Origin: Dehalococcoidia bacterium
GTDB lineage: Bacteria; Chloroflexota; Dehalococcoidia; UBA2979
Reading direction: 5' to 3'
NCBI GenBank assembly: GCA_963667465.2
Contig: CAXXDN010000002.1
Location: forward strand, 1,408,001-1,472,000
Length of the DNA: 64,000 nt
Both the position numbers and the translations under genes were made by a program. Below the pieces are notes generated by a model that made no database searches, had not been told where the DNA came from, and saw only the letters and a program-made list of their open reading frames with translations. Within the stretch, counting starts at the first letter, position 1. The number at the start of each line of letters is the position of its first letter. This document shows positions 1-10,100 of the stretch, piece by piece.

Positions 1-495
1 TTCGGCTACCGCCGCTCCTCGCTGCGCGGGGCGGGCGTCATGGTCCTTGGCGCGACGCTGCGGCTGCGCCCACGCCCGAGCGAGGAGATCGAGGCGGATC
101 TGCGCGAGCTGCTCGCGCACCGCCAGGCCACGCAGCCGACCGCCGGGCCGAACGCCGGCTCGGTCTTCACCAACCCCGAGGGCGACTACGCCGGACGGCT
201 GATCGAGGCGGCCGGTTGCAAGGGCCTCGCCGTCGGCGAGGCGCGGGTCAGCGAGCTGCACGCCAACTTCTTCGTCCACGACGGCGGGGCGAGCGTCGCC
301 GAGATGGTCCAGCTGATGGCCGAGGTGCAGCGTCGCGTCCTCGATCACTCCGGCGTGCGGCTGCAGCCGGAGATCGAGTGGTGGGGCGACGGCCCCCTGC
401 CCGAGGTATTCGTGGAGCCGGAGGCGGACCTTCCGGAGGAGCCGGAGCCGCACGGCGAACCGGATAGCGCGAACGGCGAGCGCGCAGTCTTCTGA
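1..495 (+). CDS. murB: UDP-N-acetylenolpyruvoylglucosamine reductase, C-terminal part (5' truncated by window)
   Basis: Frame 1 reads FGYRRSSL...TQP..PNAGSVFTNPEGDYAGRLIEAAGCKG...VSELHANFFV...LQPEI, the MurB C-terminal motifs. Confidence 0.93.
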   Translation, partial: FGYRRSSLRGAGVMVLGATLRLRPRPSEEIEADLRELLAHRQATQPTAGPNAGSVFTNPEGDYAGRLIEAAGCKGLAVGEARVSELHANFFVHDGGASVAEMVQLMAEVQRRVLDHSGVRLQPEIEWWGDGPLPEVFVEPEADLPEEPEPHGEPDSANGERAVF

Positions 496-563
496 GGCCC
501 GCCGCGCCGCCGGCAGCACGTCGCGCCGCGCGAGGCGCTAGGCTGCGCGCGAAGGAGCAAGCC

Positions 564-1364
564 ATGAGCGAACGACATGTCCTCGACGAGCAGAACGGCG
601 CGGTGTTGACGCTGACGCTCAACCGGGCGGAGAAGCGAAACGCCCTCGGCAACCAGTTGCGCGGCGAGCTGGACGAGTGCCTGGCGCGCGCCGGCGAGGA
701 CGACTCGATCGCCGTGATCGTGATCAAGGCGGACGGGCCGGACTTCTCGGCGGGCATGGACGTGAAGGCGAACATCGGCATCAACGACGACCTGGCGGCG
801 GCGCAGCGCGGCGTCACGGGACTGCAGGACTTCATGCTGCGCGTGCGCGACGTGCCGAAGGCGACGATCGCGCAGGTACACGGGCACTGCGTCGGCCTCG
901 CCACACAGCTCGCGATCTGCTGCGACATCGTCGTCGCCGCCGAGGACGCGCGGATCGGCGTACCCGGCTGGCCGAACGACTGGATCGCGGACTGGTGGGT
1001 CTTCCGCGTCGGCGCGCAGCGCGCGAAGTTGATGAACTTCACCAGCGGCAGCCTGCTCAGCGGCCTCGAGGCCGTCGAGTGGGGCTTCGCGGCGAAGGCC
1101 TACCCGGCCGAGCGGCTCGACGCCGAGACGCAGCGGCTGGCCGCCTGGATCGCGAAGACGCCAGTGCAGCTGCTGCGGCTCAAGAAGCACGCCATCAACC
1201 AGGCCGAGGACCAGCTGGGCTTCCGCACGGTGGCGCGCTACACCGCCACGCAGAACACCCTGATCTCACGCTCGGAGGGCGGGCACACCGGCGGCGACTA
1301 CGCGCGCGCCCACGGCTTCGCCGCCGCGCGCGAGCGCTACGGCCCGCCGCCGCCCGTCGAGTAG
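564..1364 (+). CDS. Enoyl-CoA hydratase/isomerase (crotonase) family protein
   Basis: LTLNRAEKRNAL, FSAGMD, PKATIAQVHGHCVG; AAGGAG RBS. Confidence 0.9.
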   Translation: MSERHVLDEQNGAVLTLTLNRAEKRNALGNQLRGELDECLARAGEDDSIAVIVIKADGPDFSAGMDVKANIGINDDLAAAQRGVTGLQDFMLRVRDVPKATIAQVHGHCVGLATQLAICCDIVVAAEDARIGVPGWPNDWIADWWVFRVGAQRAKLMNFTSGSLLSGLEAVEWGFAAKAYPAERLDAETQRLAAWIAKTPVQLLRLKKHAINQAEDQLGFRTVARYTATQNTLISRSEGGHTGGDYARAHGFAAARERYGPPPPVE

Positions 1365-1393
1365 CCCTCGAGGCCGCTACCAGGCCCAGGCGC

Positions 1394-1876
1394 CTACCAC
1401 GCCCACGCATCGTTGTCCTGCGCGAGGGCGCGCAGGTGGTTGATCTCGCCCGCGTGGTAGAGGTCGTGGCGCATCAGCACGTGCAGGATGTCGGCGAGCG
1501 GCATGGTTCCGCCCCATGGCGTCGCCTGCTCCTCCTCGAGCTCGGCGTCGTCGAGGACCGCGAGGGCGGCGCGCAGGCCCTCGTGCGCCTCGCGCAGCCA
1601 CTTGGCCCCGCCCTCGGGGGTGCCGAGCGCTCCCTCACCCTGCACGAGCGGGTCGTCCATCGCGAGGGAGCCGTCGCCAAAGGCGCGATCGCCGTACATC
1701 AGCTTCGCGGCGCCGGCGTGCTGCACGATCGCGCGGATCGAGCGCGCCCCGTTCGGCGGCAGCCAGTCCCAGTCCTCGCTGCGCACGGACGCGACGTTCG
1801 CAGCGAGCGAGTGCGTCGTGTCGCCCTCGAACGCGGCGTCGAGCTGCGCCAGCATCCGCTCGGCGCGTACGCCCAT
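1394..1876 (-). CDS. DinB family protein
   Basis: RSIRAIVQH and HDLYHAGEI His motifs; ATG at 1876 follows an AAGGAGG RBS. Confidence 0.8.
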   Translation of the reverse strand: MGVRAERMLAQLDAAFEGDTTHSLAANVASVRSEDWDWLPPNGARSIRAIVQHAGAAKLMYGDRAFGDGSLAMDDPLVQGEGALGTPEGGAKWLREAHEGLRAALAVLDDAELEEEQATPWGGTMPLADILHVLMRHDLYHAGEINHLRALAQDNDAWAW

Positions 1877-1994
1877 GGGGAGCCTCCTTCGGGTTTGGCC
1901 TCGGGCCTCGGGAGAAGGCCCCGGACTCTCCTTCACCCGATCCGTCTCCCTCGGACCGGAGGGCTCTCCCGCAAGAGGCGAGAGGACCGGAGGG

Positions 1995-2807
1995 CTAGCG
2001 CCCCTTGAAGACGGGCTTGCGCTTCTCCGAGAAGGCCTTCGGGCCCTCGGCCGCGTCGTCCGAGGTCTGGACGATGGTCATCGCCGCCTGGGCGGCCTCG
2101 AGCGCCTCGGTGAACGAGCTGCTCTGGCCGCGGTAGACCAGCCGTTTCGCCATCTGCATCGTGATCGGCGGGCCGGAGGCGAGCTTCGCGGCGTACGCGT
2201 AGACCTCGTCCATCAGCGATTCGTGCGGGACGACGCGCGAGACGTAGCCGATCTCGAGCGCCTCCTCTGCGCTGAACAGATCGCCGCTCCAGATCAGCTC
2301 GAGCGCCTTCTGCAGGCCGACCAGCCGGGGCAGCAGCCAGGCCCCGCCGTCGCCGGGAATCAGCCCGACGTTGACGTAGGCCATCCCGAAGCGCGCCTGA
2401 TCCGAGGCGATGCGGATATCCGCCATCGAGCACATGTCCATGCCGGCGCCGACCGCCGCGCCGTTGATCGCGACGAGGTAGGGCTTGTCCAGGTACTGCA
2501 GCGCCTGCGGCACGCGCTGCACGCTGTAGCGCAGCGAGTTGCGGCGCATCGCCGGCGTCCAGCTCTCGTCCGAGGCGAGGATCGCGTTCTCCTCGGCGCG
2601 CGCCTTCACATCGGCGCCAGCGCAGAAGGCGCGCCCCGCGCCGGTCACGACAACGACGCGCACGCTCTCGTCCTCGGCGGCCTCCGTGATGGCGGCAGCC
2701 CAGCTCGCCAACAGTTGCTCGCTGAACGAGTTCATCCGCTCGGGCCGGTTGAGCGTGATCGTCGCGATGCCGTCGTGCACCTCGTAGCTGATGTCCTGGT
2801 ACTCCAC
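1995..2807 (-). CDS. Enoyl-CoA hydratase/isomerase family protein
   Basis: GTG start VEYQDISYEV; ITLNRPERMN, FCAGAD, C-terminal AFSEKRKPVFKGR. Confidence 0.9.
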   Translation of the reverse strand: MEYQDISYEVHDGIATITLNRPERMNSFSEQLLASWAAAITEAAEDESVRVVVVTGAGRAFCAGADVKARAEENAILASDESWTPAMRRNSLRYSVQRVPQALQYLDKPYLVAINGAAVGAGMDMCSMADIRIASDQARFGMAYVNVGLIPGDGGAWLLPRLVGLQKALELIWSGDLFSAEEALEIGYVSRVVPHESLMDEVYAYAAKLASGPPITMQMAKRLVYRGQSSSFTEALEAAQAAMTIVQTSDDAAEGPKAFSEKRKPVFKGR

Positions 2808-2869
2808 GCCAACCGCCTTTCCGCTGGTCGCGCCTGCTGTGTCGCTGCTCGTTGCTCCGGATCCCCGGG

Positions 2870-3634
2870 CTAGCGGCCCTTGAACACTGGCGTGCGCTTC
2901 TCCGCGAAGGCGACCGCCGCCTCCATCGTGTCGTCGAGGTCGTTGAGGTGCGTGCGCGCCTCGACCTCGCGGTCGAGCATCGGCGCGTCCGGCATGTTGC
3001 GCATCGAGCGCATCAGCGCCTTCGTGCGGTAGACGTGCTGGGGCGGGAGCGCGAGCACGCGGTCGGCCCAGCTCTGCGCTGTCTCCAGCAACTGATCGTC
3101 GGCGACGACCTCGTTGACGAGGCCGTGCTGGTAGGCGCGCCGCGCGTCGATGCGGTCGCCGATCAGCGTCAGCTCCGCGCCGATGCACCACGGCAGCGAC
3201 TCGACGGCGGAGAACCAGTACGGGCCCATCAGCCCGGTCGGGATCTCGGCCATCCCGAACTGCGCGGACTCGGCCGCGATGCGGAAGTCGCAGCCCACGG
3301 TGATGTACCAGCCGAGGCCGATCGCGAATCCGTTCACCGCCGCGATCATCGGCTTGTCCGTGTCCACGACACCGAAGATGTTGTACTCGTAGGAGTAGCG
3401 CGGCAGGGTCGCCTCGCCGGCCTCGACCTGCGCCTTGATGTCGCGTCCGGCGCAAAATGAGCGGCCGGTGCCGGTGATGATCGCCACCCAGGCATCGTCG
3501 TTCTCGTCGAAGTCGAGCAGCGCCTGGCGGAACTCGTTGCCCATCTGCTGGTTGAACGCGTTCAGCCGCTCGGGCCGGTTGAACGTGATCGTGGCCACGT
3601 GGTTCTCGACCTCATATCCGACGAACTCACCCAC
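2870..3634 (-). CDS. Enoyl-CoA hydratase/isomerase family protein
   Basis: FNRPERLNAF, FCAGRD, KPMIAAVNGFAIG, AFAEKRTPVFKGR. Confidence 0.9.
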   Translation of the reverse strand: MGEFVGYEVENHVATITFNRPERLNAFNQQMGNEFRQALLDFDENDDAWVAIITGTGRSFCAGRDIKAQVEAGEATLPRYSYEYNIFGVVDTDKPMIAAVNGFAIGLGWYITVGCDFRIAAESAQFGMAEIPTGLMGPYWFSAVESLPWCIGAELTLIGDRIDARRAYQHGLVNEVVADDQLLETAQSWADRVLALPPQHVYRTKALMRSMRNMPDAPMLDREVEARTHLNDLDDTMEAAVAFAEKRTPVFKGR

Positions 3635-3664
3635 GTATCTCCTCCTCCTCAGCGCCCTCCGGCG

Positions 3665-4579
3665 CTACAGCTGCGCATGCTCCGCGACGCTCGCGAGCAC
3701 GCGCATCGTCTCCTCGGCCGGCGGCCGTCCTCCCGCGAGGGCGGCCGCGCGCACCTCTCCCCAGCGCTCGTACGGCAGCGGCGTGCCCGGGTGGTTGTAG
3801 ACCCCGACGACCAGCCGGTCCGCGCCCGCCGACTCGTACGCGCGCTGCGTCTCCGGCGTGGCGTCCATCGCGAAGACGGTGATCTCCATCTTCGAGGCGT
3901 CGCGCCCCAGCTCGGCACACCAGCGCTCGATCTCGCGCCGCCCGCTCTCGCACTCCTCGGGCGACGCCATCACCGGCAGCCAGCCGTCGCCAACGCGCGC
4001 GATGCGCCGGAACGTGCGCTCCGAGGCCGGCGCGCCGATCAGCACGGGCGGATGCGGGCGCTGCTTCGGGATCGGGTCGCAGCGCACCTCGCCGAAGCGG
4101 ATGCGCTTGCCCTCGAAGCTGGCGCTGCCGTGCTCCCAGAGCTTCTTCATCGCGAGGATCGACTCGTTGGCGTAACCCCAGCGGTCGGCGAAGTCCGTGC
4201 CGTAGAGCTCGATCTCCTCACGCAGCCAGCCGGCCCCGACGCCGAGCGTGACGCGCCCGTTCGAGAAGTTGTCGAGGGTGCCGACGGTGTTCGCCAGCGT
4301 CAGCGGGTGGCGCTCCGGTAGCAGCGTCACACCCGTCCCCAGCCGCACCTTCGAGGTGACGGCCGCGATGAACGAGAGCAGCACGAAGGGGTCCGCCATC
4401 TCCCCGTAGAGCTGCGGGATCGCCTGCCCCGGGCGGCGGTACGGCGTCTCGGGATCGACCGGCAGCACCGGGTGGTCCGGTACCCAGATCGACTCGAAGC
4501 CGTGATCCTCGGCGGCGCGCGCGAACGTCACGGCATCGACCGTGTAGCCGGTCACGAACATCCCGACGCCGATCTTCAT
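3665..4579 (-). CDS. LLM class (probably F420-dependent) oxidoreductase
   Basis: AEDHGFESIWVPDHPV, DPFVLLSFIAAVT, LGVGAGWLREE, PKQRPHPPVLIG. Confidence 0.88.
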   Translation of the reverse strand: MKIGVGMFVTGYTVDAVTFARAAEDHGFESIWVPDHPVLPVDPETPYRRPGQAIPQLYGEMADPFVLLSFIAAVTSKVRLGTGVTLLPERHPLTLANTVGTLDNFSNGRVTLGVGAGWLREEIELYGTDFADRWGYANESILAMKKLWEHGSASFEGKRIRFGEVRCDPIPKQRPHPPVLIGAPASERTFRRIARVGDGWLPVMASPEECESGRREIERWCAELGRDASKMEITVFAMDATPETQRAYESAGADRLVVGVYNHPGTPLPYERWGEVRAAALAGGRPPAEETMRVLASVAEHAQL

Positions 4580-4639
4580 CCCAGACCTCCGAACTCGCGC
4601 GAGCGGCGCTGAGTATACGGGAGTGCGGAGGGCGACCGG

Positions 4640-5590
4640 TCAGGCCTGCTGGAAGGCCCTCGTCAGCTGGCGCGCCGCCTCGGCAACCGCGCGTTCCGCC
4701 TCGTCGATCATCCCGAGGGCGATCCAGTAGTCGTGCGGCTGGTCGTCGGCGAGGGATAGCGTGACGTCCACGCCGGCGTCCTCGAGGCGCGCCGCGTAGG
4801 CCAACCCCTCGTCGCGCAGCACGTCGTAGCCAGAGATCACCATGTGCGCGGCGGGCAGGCCCTCGAGGCTCTCCGCACGCAGTGGCGCGACGCGCGGGTC
4901 GGTCATGTCGCCGTCGCCGACGTAGTGGCGCCAGAACCACTTCATCATCTCGCTGGAGAGCAGGTACCTGGGGTCGCCGAACTCGTGGTAGGAGTCACGC
5001 TCGAAGTCGCTGTCGGTGACGGGGCAGACCAGCAACTGGAATCCGATCGCCGGGCCGTCCTCGTCGCGCGCCTTCTGGGCGACGACCGCCGCGAGGTTCC
5101 CGCCCGCGCTGTCACCGCCGACGGCCAACCGGCCCGCGTCGGCGCCGAGGTCCGCGGCGTTGGCCACCGCCCACTCCAGCGCCGCCCAGCAGTCATCGAG
5201 CGGCGCGGGATAGGGATGCTCGGGCGCCAGCCGGTAGTCGACCGAGACGATCACGCAGTTGGCGACGTTCGCGAGGAGGCGCAGCGCCTCGACGCCGCTG
5301 TCGAGCCCGCCGATCACCCAGCCGCCGCCGTGGTACCAGACCAGCAGCGGGTATGAGTCACCAGGCCCTGGCTTCATGATGCGGACCGGGATCTCGCCCC
5401 CCGGGCCGGAAATCGTGCGGTCCTCCTCGGCGTGAACCGCCGGGCCCATGCCCGCCGCGGCCGCCTCGGCCTGCATCGCCGCGAGGCCGTCCCGCCAGGG
5501 CGCCGGTGGCCGCTCCGGGATCGGCGGGAATGCCGAGTCCCACTCGATGAACGCGTTGAGAAACTCCTGAGCCTGGGGGTGCAGCGGGAT
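4640..5590 (-). CDS. Alpha/beta hydrolase, HSL-family esterase/lipase
   Basis: HGGGW, VDYRLAPEHPYP, GDSAGG nucleophile motif; probable start is ATC at 5590 after GAGGAGG (alternative TTG at 5605). Confidence 0.88.
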   Translation of the reverse strand: MPLHPQAQEFLNAFIEWDSAFPPIPERPPAPWRDGLAAMQAEAAAAGMGPAVHAEEDRTISGPGGEIPVRIMKPGPGDSYPLLVWYHGGGWVIGGLDSGVEALRLLANVANCVIVSVDYRLAPEHPYPAPLDDCWAALEWAVANAADLGADAGRLAVGGDSAGGNLAAVVAQKARDEDGPAIGFQLLVCPVTDSDFERDSYHEFGDPRYLLSSEMMKWFWRHYVGDGDMTDPRVAPLRAESLEGLPAAHMVISGYDVLRDEGLAYAARLEDAGVDVTLSLADDQPHDYWIALGMIDEAERAVAEAARQLTRAFQQA

Positions 5591-5704
5591 GGCGCGCCTC
5601 CTCAATCCTGCGGGTGGGCTGCGGCGTCAGCGCCGCGACTCGTTCAGCCGCGGCTCACCGTACGGAGGGCGCCTCAGGGCGTCAACGCGCGGTAGCGCGA
5701 GGCG

Positions 5705-6448
5705 CTACGGACGCTGCCCGCCGACCGAGATCACCTCGCCGGTGATGTACTCGGACTCCTTGCTGCAGAGGTAGCGTACGAGGCCCGCCAGCTCGTCTGG
5801 CATCGCCGAGCGGTTCAGCGGGTGCTCGTCGCTGCCCTCGGGGACAGTGCCCATCGTGCGGCCCATCCACTCGTTCCAGACCGAGCTGGGGGCAACGGTG
5901 TTCGCGCGGATGTTGTGCTCGCCCAGCTCGAGGGCGATCACGCGCGTGAAGGCGATGATCCCCGCCTTCGCCGCCGCGTACTGCGCGCGGCCCTGCCCGC
6001 CCCGCCACGTCACCACCGAGGCGAAGTTGACGATGTTGCCGCCGCCCTGCTCGATCATGTGTGGCACCGCCGCCTTCGTGCAGTAGTAGGTGCCGTGCAG
6101 GCAGACGTTGATCGGCGTGTGCCAGGTGTCGTCGTCCATCTCCAGGAACGGCGTTTCCATGTCGCGGTAGGCGTTGTTGATCAGGTGGTCGATCCGCCCG
6201 TAGCGCTCGATCGTCTTCCCGATCAGCTCGGCGACCGACTCCTGGTTGGAGACATCGCAGGAGATCGCGAGGAAGTCGCGGTCATGCTCCCCGGCGAGCG
6301 ACTCGCCGACGGCGAGCGTGCGCTTCTCGTTCAGGTCGCTGACGACGACCTCGGCGCCCTCTGCTGCGAAGCGGCGAGCCGTCGCCTGCCCGACTCCGGC
6401 GCCCGCGGAACCGGTGACGATCACCACCTGACCCTCGAACTCGCTCAT
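5705..6448 (-). CDS. SDR family oxidoreductase
   Basis: TGSAGAGVG, NNA, YAAAK catalytic motif; ATG at 6448 after a GAGGGGG RBS. Confidence 0.9.
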   Translation of the reverse strand: MSEFEGQVVIVTGSAGAGVGQATARRFAAEGAEVVVSDLNEKRTLAVGESLAGEHDRDFLAISCDVSNQESVAELIGKTIERYGRIDHLINNAYRDMETPFLEMDDDTWHTPINVCLHGTYYCTKAAVPHMIEQGGGNIVNFASVVTWRGGQGRAQYAAAKAGIIAFTRVIALELGEHNIRANTVAPSSVWNEWMGRTMGTVPEGSDEHPLNRSAMPDELAGLVRYLCSKESEYITGEVISVGGQRP

Positions 6449-6515
6449 CGCGTCCCCCTCGTCGCTCCGCGCCAACGCCGGGCGCGCCCGCGTCGAGGAG
6501 CATAGCGGGCGCGCC

Positions 6516-6600
6516 CTGGCCGCGTCGTCACTGGCCGCGTCGTCACTGGCCGCGTCGCCACTGGCCGCGTCGTCACTGACCGCGTCGTCGCTGGCCGCGC
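6516..6600. repeat. 15-bp tandem repeat (CTGGCCGCGTCGTCA), about 5.6 copies
   Basis: Units start at 6516, 6531, 6546, 6561, 6576, with a partial unit at 6591. Confidence 0.95.
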
Positions 6601-6641
6601 CGGGAGGGGCGGCGCGGTAGACTGTCGCGCGGAGGCTGCGG

Positions 6642-7100
6642 ATGAGTGCAGACGACCGGCTCGCAATCCTCGATCAGATCGGACGCTACTCGTACGCCTG
6701 GGACGGGAAGGACTCCGACGTGTACGCCGCCCTCTTCACCGAGGACGCGGTGTTCGAGGTCTTCACCCGCGGCGACGAGCCGGTGATCCACAACGAGGGC
6801 CGCGAGGCGATCCGACGCTGGGCGCGCGCCACCCACAGCGGCGAGCGGCCCGGCCTGCGCCCCCACCCGCCGGACGAGCAAACCCGCCACAACCAGAGCG
6901 GGACCGTCTTCGACGAGCTCGGCGAGGACGCCGCGCGCACCCGCACCATACTGCTCTCCGCCCGGCAGGGCCCCGGCGACGTGATCCCGATCCCCTCGAC
7001 CACCGGCGTCTACCGCGACGAGTGGCGCCGCACCTCCGAGGGCTGGCGCATCGCCCGCCGCAGCCTGCGGATCGACACCCCGACCCCGCGCGTCCGTTAG
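6642..7100 (+). CDS. SnoaL-like / NTF2-fold protein
   Basis: DRLAILDQIGRYSYAWD..YAALFTEDA..RH...G.YRDEWRRT..GWRIARR pattern. Confidence 0.85.
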   Translation: MSADDRLAILDQIGRYSYAWDGKDSDVYAALFTEDAVFEVFTRGDEPVIHNEGREAIRRWARATHSGERPGLRPHPPDEQTRHNQSGTVFDELGEDAARTRTILLSARQGPGDVIPIPSTTGVYRDEWRRTSEGWRIARRSLRIDTPTPRVR

Positions 7101-7109
7101 GCGGCGCGC

Positions 7110-10100
7110 TCACTCCACGACGACGGCGAACTCCTGACGGGCGCTCCCGCCCTCATTCGAGGCCGTCACGGCGACCATGGCGACGCCCGCGGCCAGCGGC
7201 GTGAGCCGCAGCCGTCCCTCCGACACCCAAGCGTGCACGACTCCGGCCGGGTCCGCCGAGACGCGGTAGCGCGCGATCGCGCCGCTGAAGTAGTCCGCGA
7301 GCTCGATTTCGTGCGACTCCCCCGCCTCGTTGAGCGTGCTGCCCTCGAGGCGGCCGAGCGCCTCCGGAGCAGCGGCGCCGACCGTGACGATGAAGGGCTG
7401 CTCGGCGCTGCCGGCGGAGTTTGTCGCCGTCACGACGACCGTCGCGACGCCTGCAGCCAGCGGGGTGAGCGTCAGCCGGCCAGCCGACTCCCAGCCGTGG
7501 ACCACGCCGCCGCGGTCCGCCGTGAGGTGGTAGCGAGCGGCCTCGCCGCCGAAGTAGTCCCCGAGGTCGATCTCACGCACGGCCCCACCCTCGGCGAGCG
7601 CGATGCGCTCTGCGCGGCCGGGCGTCTGCGGCGCGGCGGGAGCGACCGCCACGGCGAAGATCTGACTGGCGCTCCCGCTACCGTTGCTCACCGTCACCGT
7701 GACAGTCGCGACACCGGCCGAGAGCGGCGTGAGCCTCAGCCGCCCGCCGGACTCCCAGAGATGCAGGATGCCGTCGGGCCGCGACACCACCTCGTAATGG
7801 GCCACCTCGCCATCGAAGTAGTCTGCGAGGGCGATCTCCTGCCCGGCGCCTCCCGCCGCGAGCGGGGCCGCCACGATCCGGCCCAGCGCCGTCGGCGGGG
7901 CGGGTTGCACCACGACCGTGAACTGCTGCTCGGCGCTGCCGCCCGCGTTCAGCGCCGTCACCTCCAGCGTCGCCAGCCCCGCCGCGAGGGGCGTCAACGT
8001 CAGGAGCCCGCCCGACTCCCAGCGGTGGACAACCCCGCCCGGAGTCGCCGCCAGCGCGTAGCGCTCGACATTGCCACCAAAGTAGTTCGCGAGCTCGACG
8101 CTCAGCGGCCGTCCGTCCATCGACAGCGTCAGGAGCGTGCTGGAGGCCAGCGCCCGTGGCGCGCGCGGTCTCACGCTCACATCGAAGGTCTGGCTCGCCG
8201 TGCCTCCGGTGTTCGCCGACCAGACGGTGACGGTCGAGGAGCCGGCGGCCAGCGGCGTGAACGTCAGCCGCCCAGCCGATTCCCAGAGGTGCACGATGCC
8301 GGTCCGCTCCGCGATCGCTCCGAACCGCGTGAGGGATCCACTGAAGTGAATCGAGAGGTCGATGGTCCGTGCCGCGCCTCCGCTGGTGAGGGTGAGGGCC
8401 TCGATGCCGTCCCGCACCTTTGGGGCGCGCCTCGAGACGACCACGACGAGCTCCTGCGCGGCGCTCCCGGCTTCGTTCGTCGCGGTTACGGTCACGAGCG
8501 CAATACCCACGGCGAGCCCCGAGACCACGGTGGTCTCGCCATGCGCCTCGACCGCCACGACGCCGGGCCTCGATGACTCCGCCGCGAACGTGACGCCTTC
8601 GCCCTCGAAGTACGAAGAAACGCCGATGATCGAGTGGTCGCCCTCGACGATCTCCACGAGAGGTGTGGTTCCCAGTGCCCGGGGCGCACCGTCGCGGACG
8701 GTGGACAGGAAGGCCTGCTGCGCCACACCCCCCGCGTTCGTCGCCGCCACCGTCACGACGGCGACGCCCGAGGCGAGCGGCGTGAGCGTCAGCCGCCCAC
8801 CCGATTCCCAGACGTGCACGACACCGGCAGGCGTCGCGGACGCGTCGTAGCCCTCGACGACGCCGCCGAATTGGTCCGCCAGTTCGATTTCGCGAGCAAC
8901 CCCATCCTCGCGCAGCGCTATGTCCGCGATCGCTCCGATCGCCAGCGGCGCAGCCAATCGCACCTCGACGACGAACTCCTGCTGCTCACTCCCGCTCATA
9001 TTCGTCGCCGTCACCGTCACCGTCGCGCTGCCCGCCGCGACCGCTGTCACGGTGACCTCCGACCCATCCACCTCGACCGTCGCCACCTCCGTGTCCGAGG
9101 ACATAGCGCCGTAGGTGACCCCCTCGCCCTCGAAGTAGCTCGCTACGTCCTCGGCGTGCGTTGCGTCCTCGATGATCGTGACTGCCTCGATGCTCCCGAC
9201 GGCGACCGGCGCGGGCGACACGACCGTGACGAGGAAACCCTGCTCGGCGCTGCCCCCGCCGTTCGTCGCCGTCACCGTCACTGTGGCGCTGCCCGCCGCG
9301 ACCGCTGTCACGGTGACCTCCGACCCCTCCACCGCGACCGTCGCCACTTCCGTGTCCGAGGACACAGCGCCGTAGGTGACCCCCTCGCCCTCGAAGTAGC
9401 TCGCTACGTCCTCGGTGTGCGTTGCGTCCTCGATGATCGTGACTGCCTCGATGCTCCCGACGGCGACCGGCGCGGGCGACACGACCGTGACGAGGAAACC
9501 CTGCTCGGCGCTGCCCCCGCCGTTCGTCGCCGTCACCGTCACTGTGGCGCTGCCCGCCGCGACCGCTGTCACGGTGACCTCCGACCCCTCCACCTCGACC
9601 GTCGCCACTTCCGTGTCCGAGGACATAGCGCCGTAGGTGACCCCCTCGCCCTCGAAGTAGCTCGCTGCGTCCTCGGCGTGCGTTGCGTCCTCGATGATCG
9701 TGACTGCCTCGATGCTCCCGACGGCGACCGGCGCGGGCGACACGACCGTGACGAGGAAACCCTGCTCGGCGCTGCCCCCGCCGTTCGTCGCCGTCACCGT
9801 CACCGTCGCGCTGCCCGCCGCGACCGCTGTCACGGTGACCTCCGACCCCTCCACCTCGACCGTCGCCACTTCCGTGTCCGAGGACATAGCGCCGTAGGTG
9901 ACCCCCTCGCCCTCGAAGTAGCTCGATGCGTCCTCGGCGTGCGTTGCGTCCTCGATGATCGTGACTGCCTCGATGCTCCCGACAGTCCCGGGCGCGGGCG
10001 GGACCACGGTGACGGCGAACCCTTGCTCGGCGCGCCCTCCGGGGCTCGTCGCCGTCACCGTCACTGTCGCGCTGCCCGCCGCGACCGCTGTCACGGTGAC

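Noticed and set aside
6516-6600. Possible CRISPR or coding repeat (ORF 6445-6666)
   Set aside because: No spacers; the ORF is low-complexity and unsupported, so this is a simple VNTR
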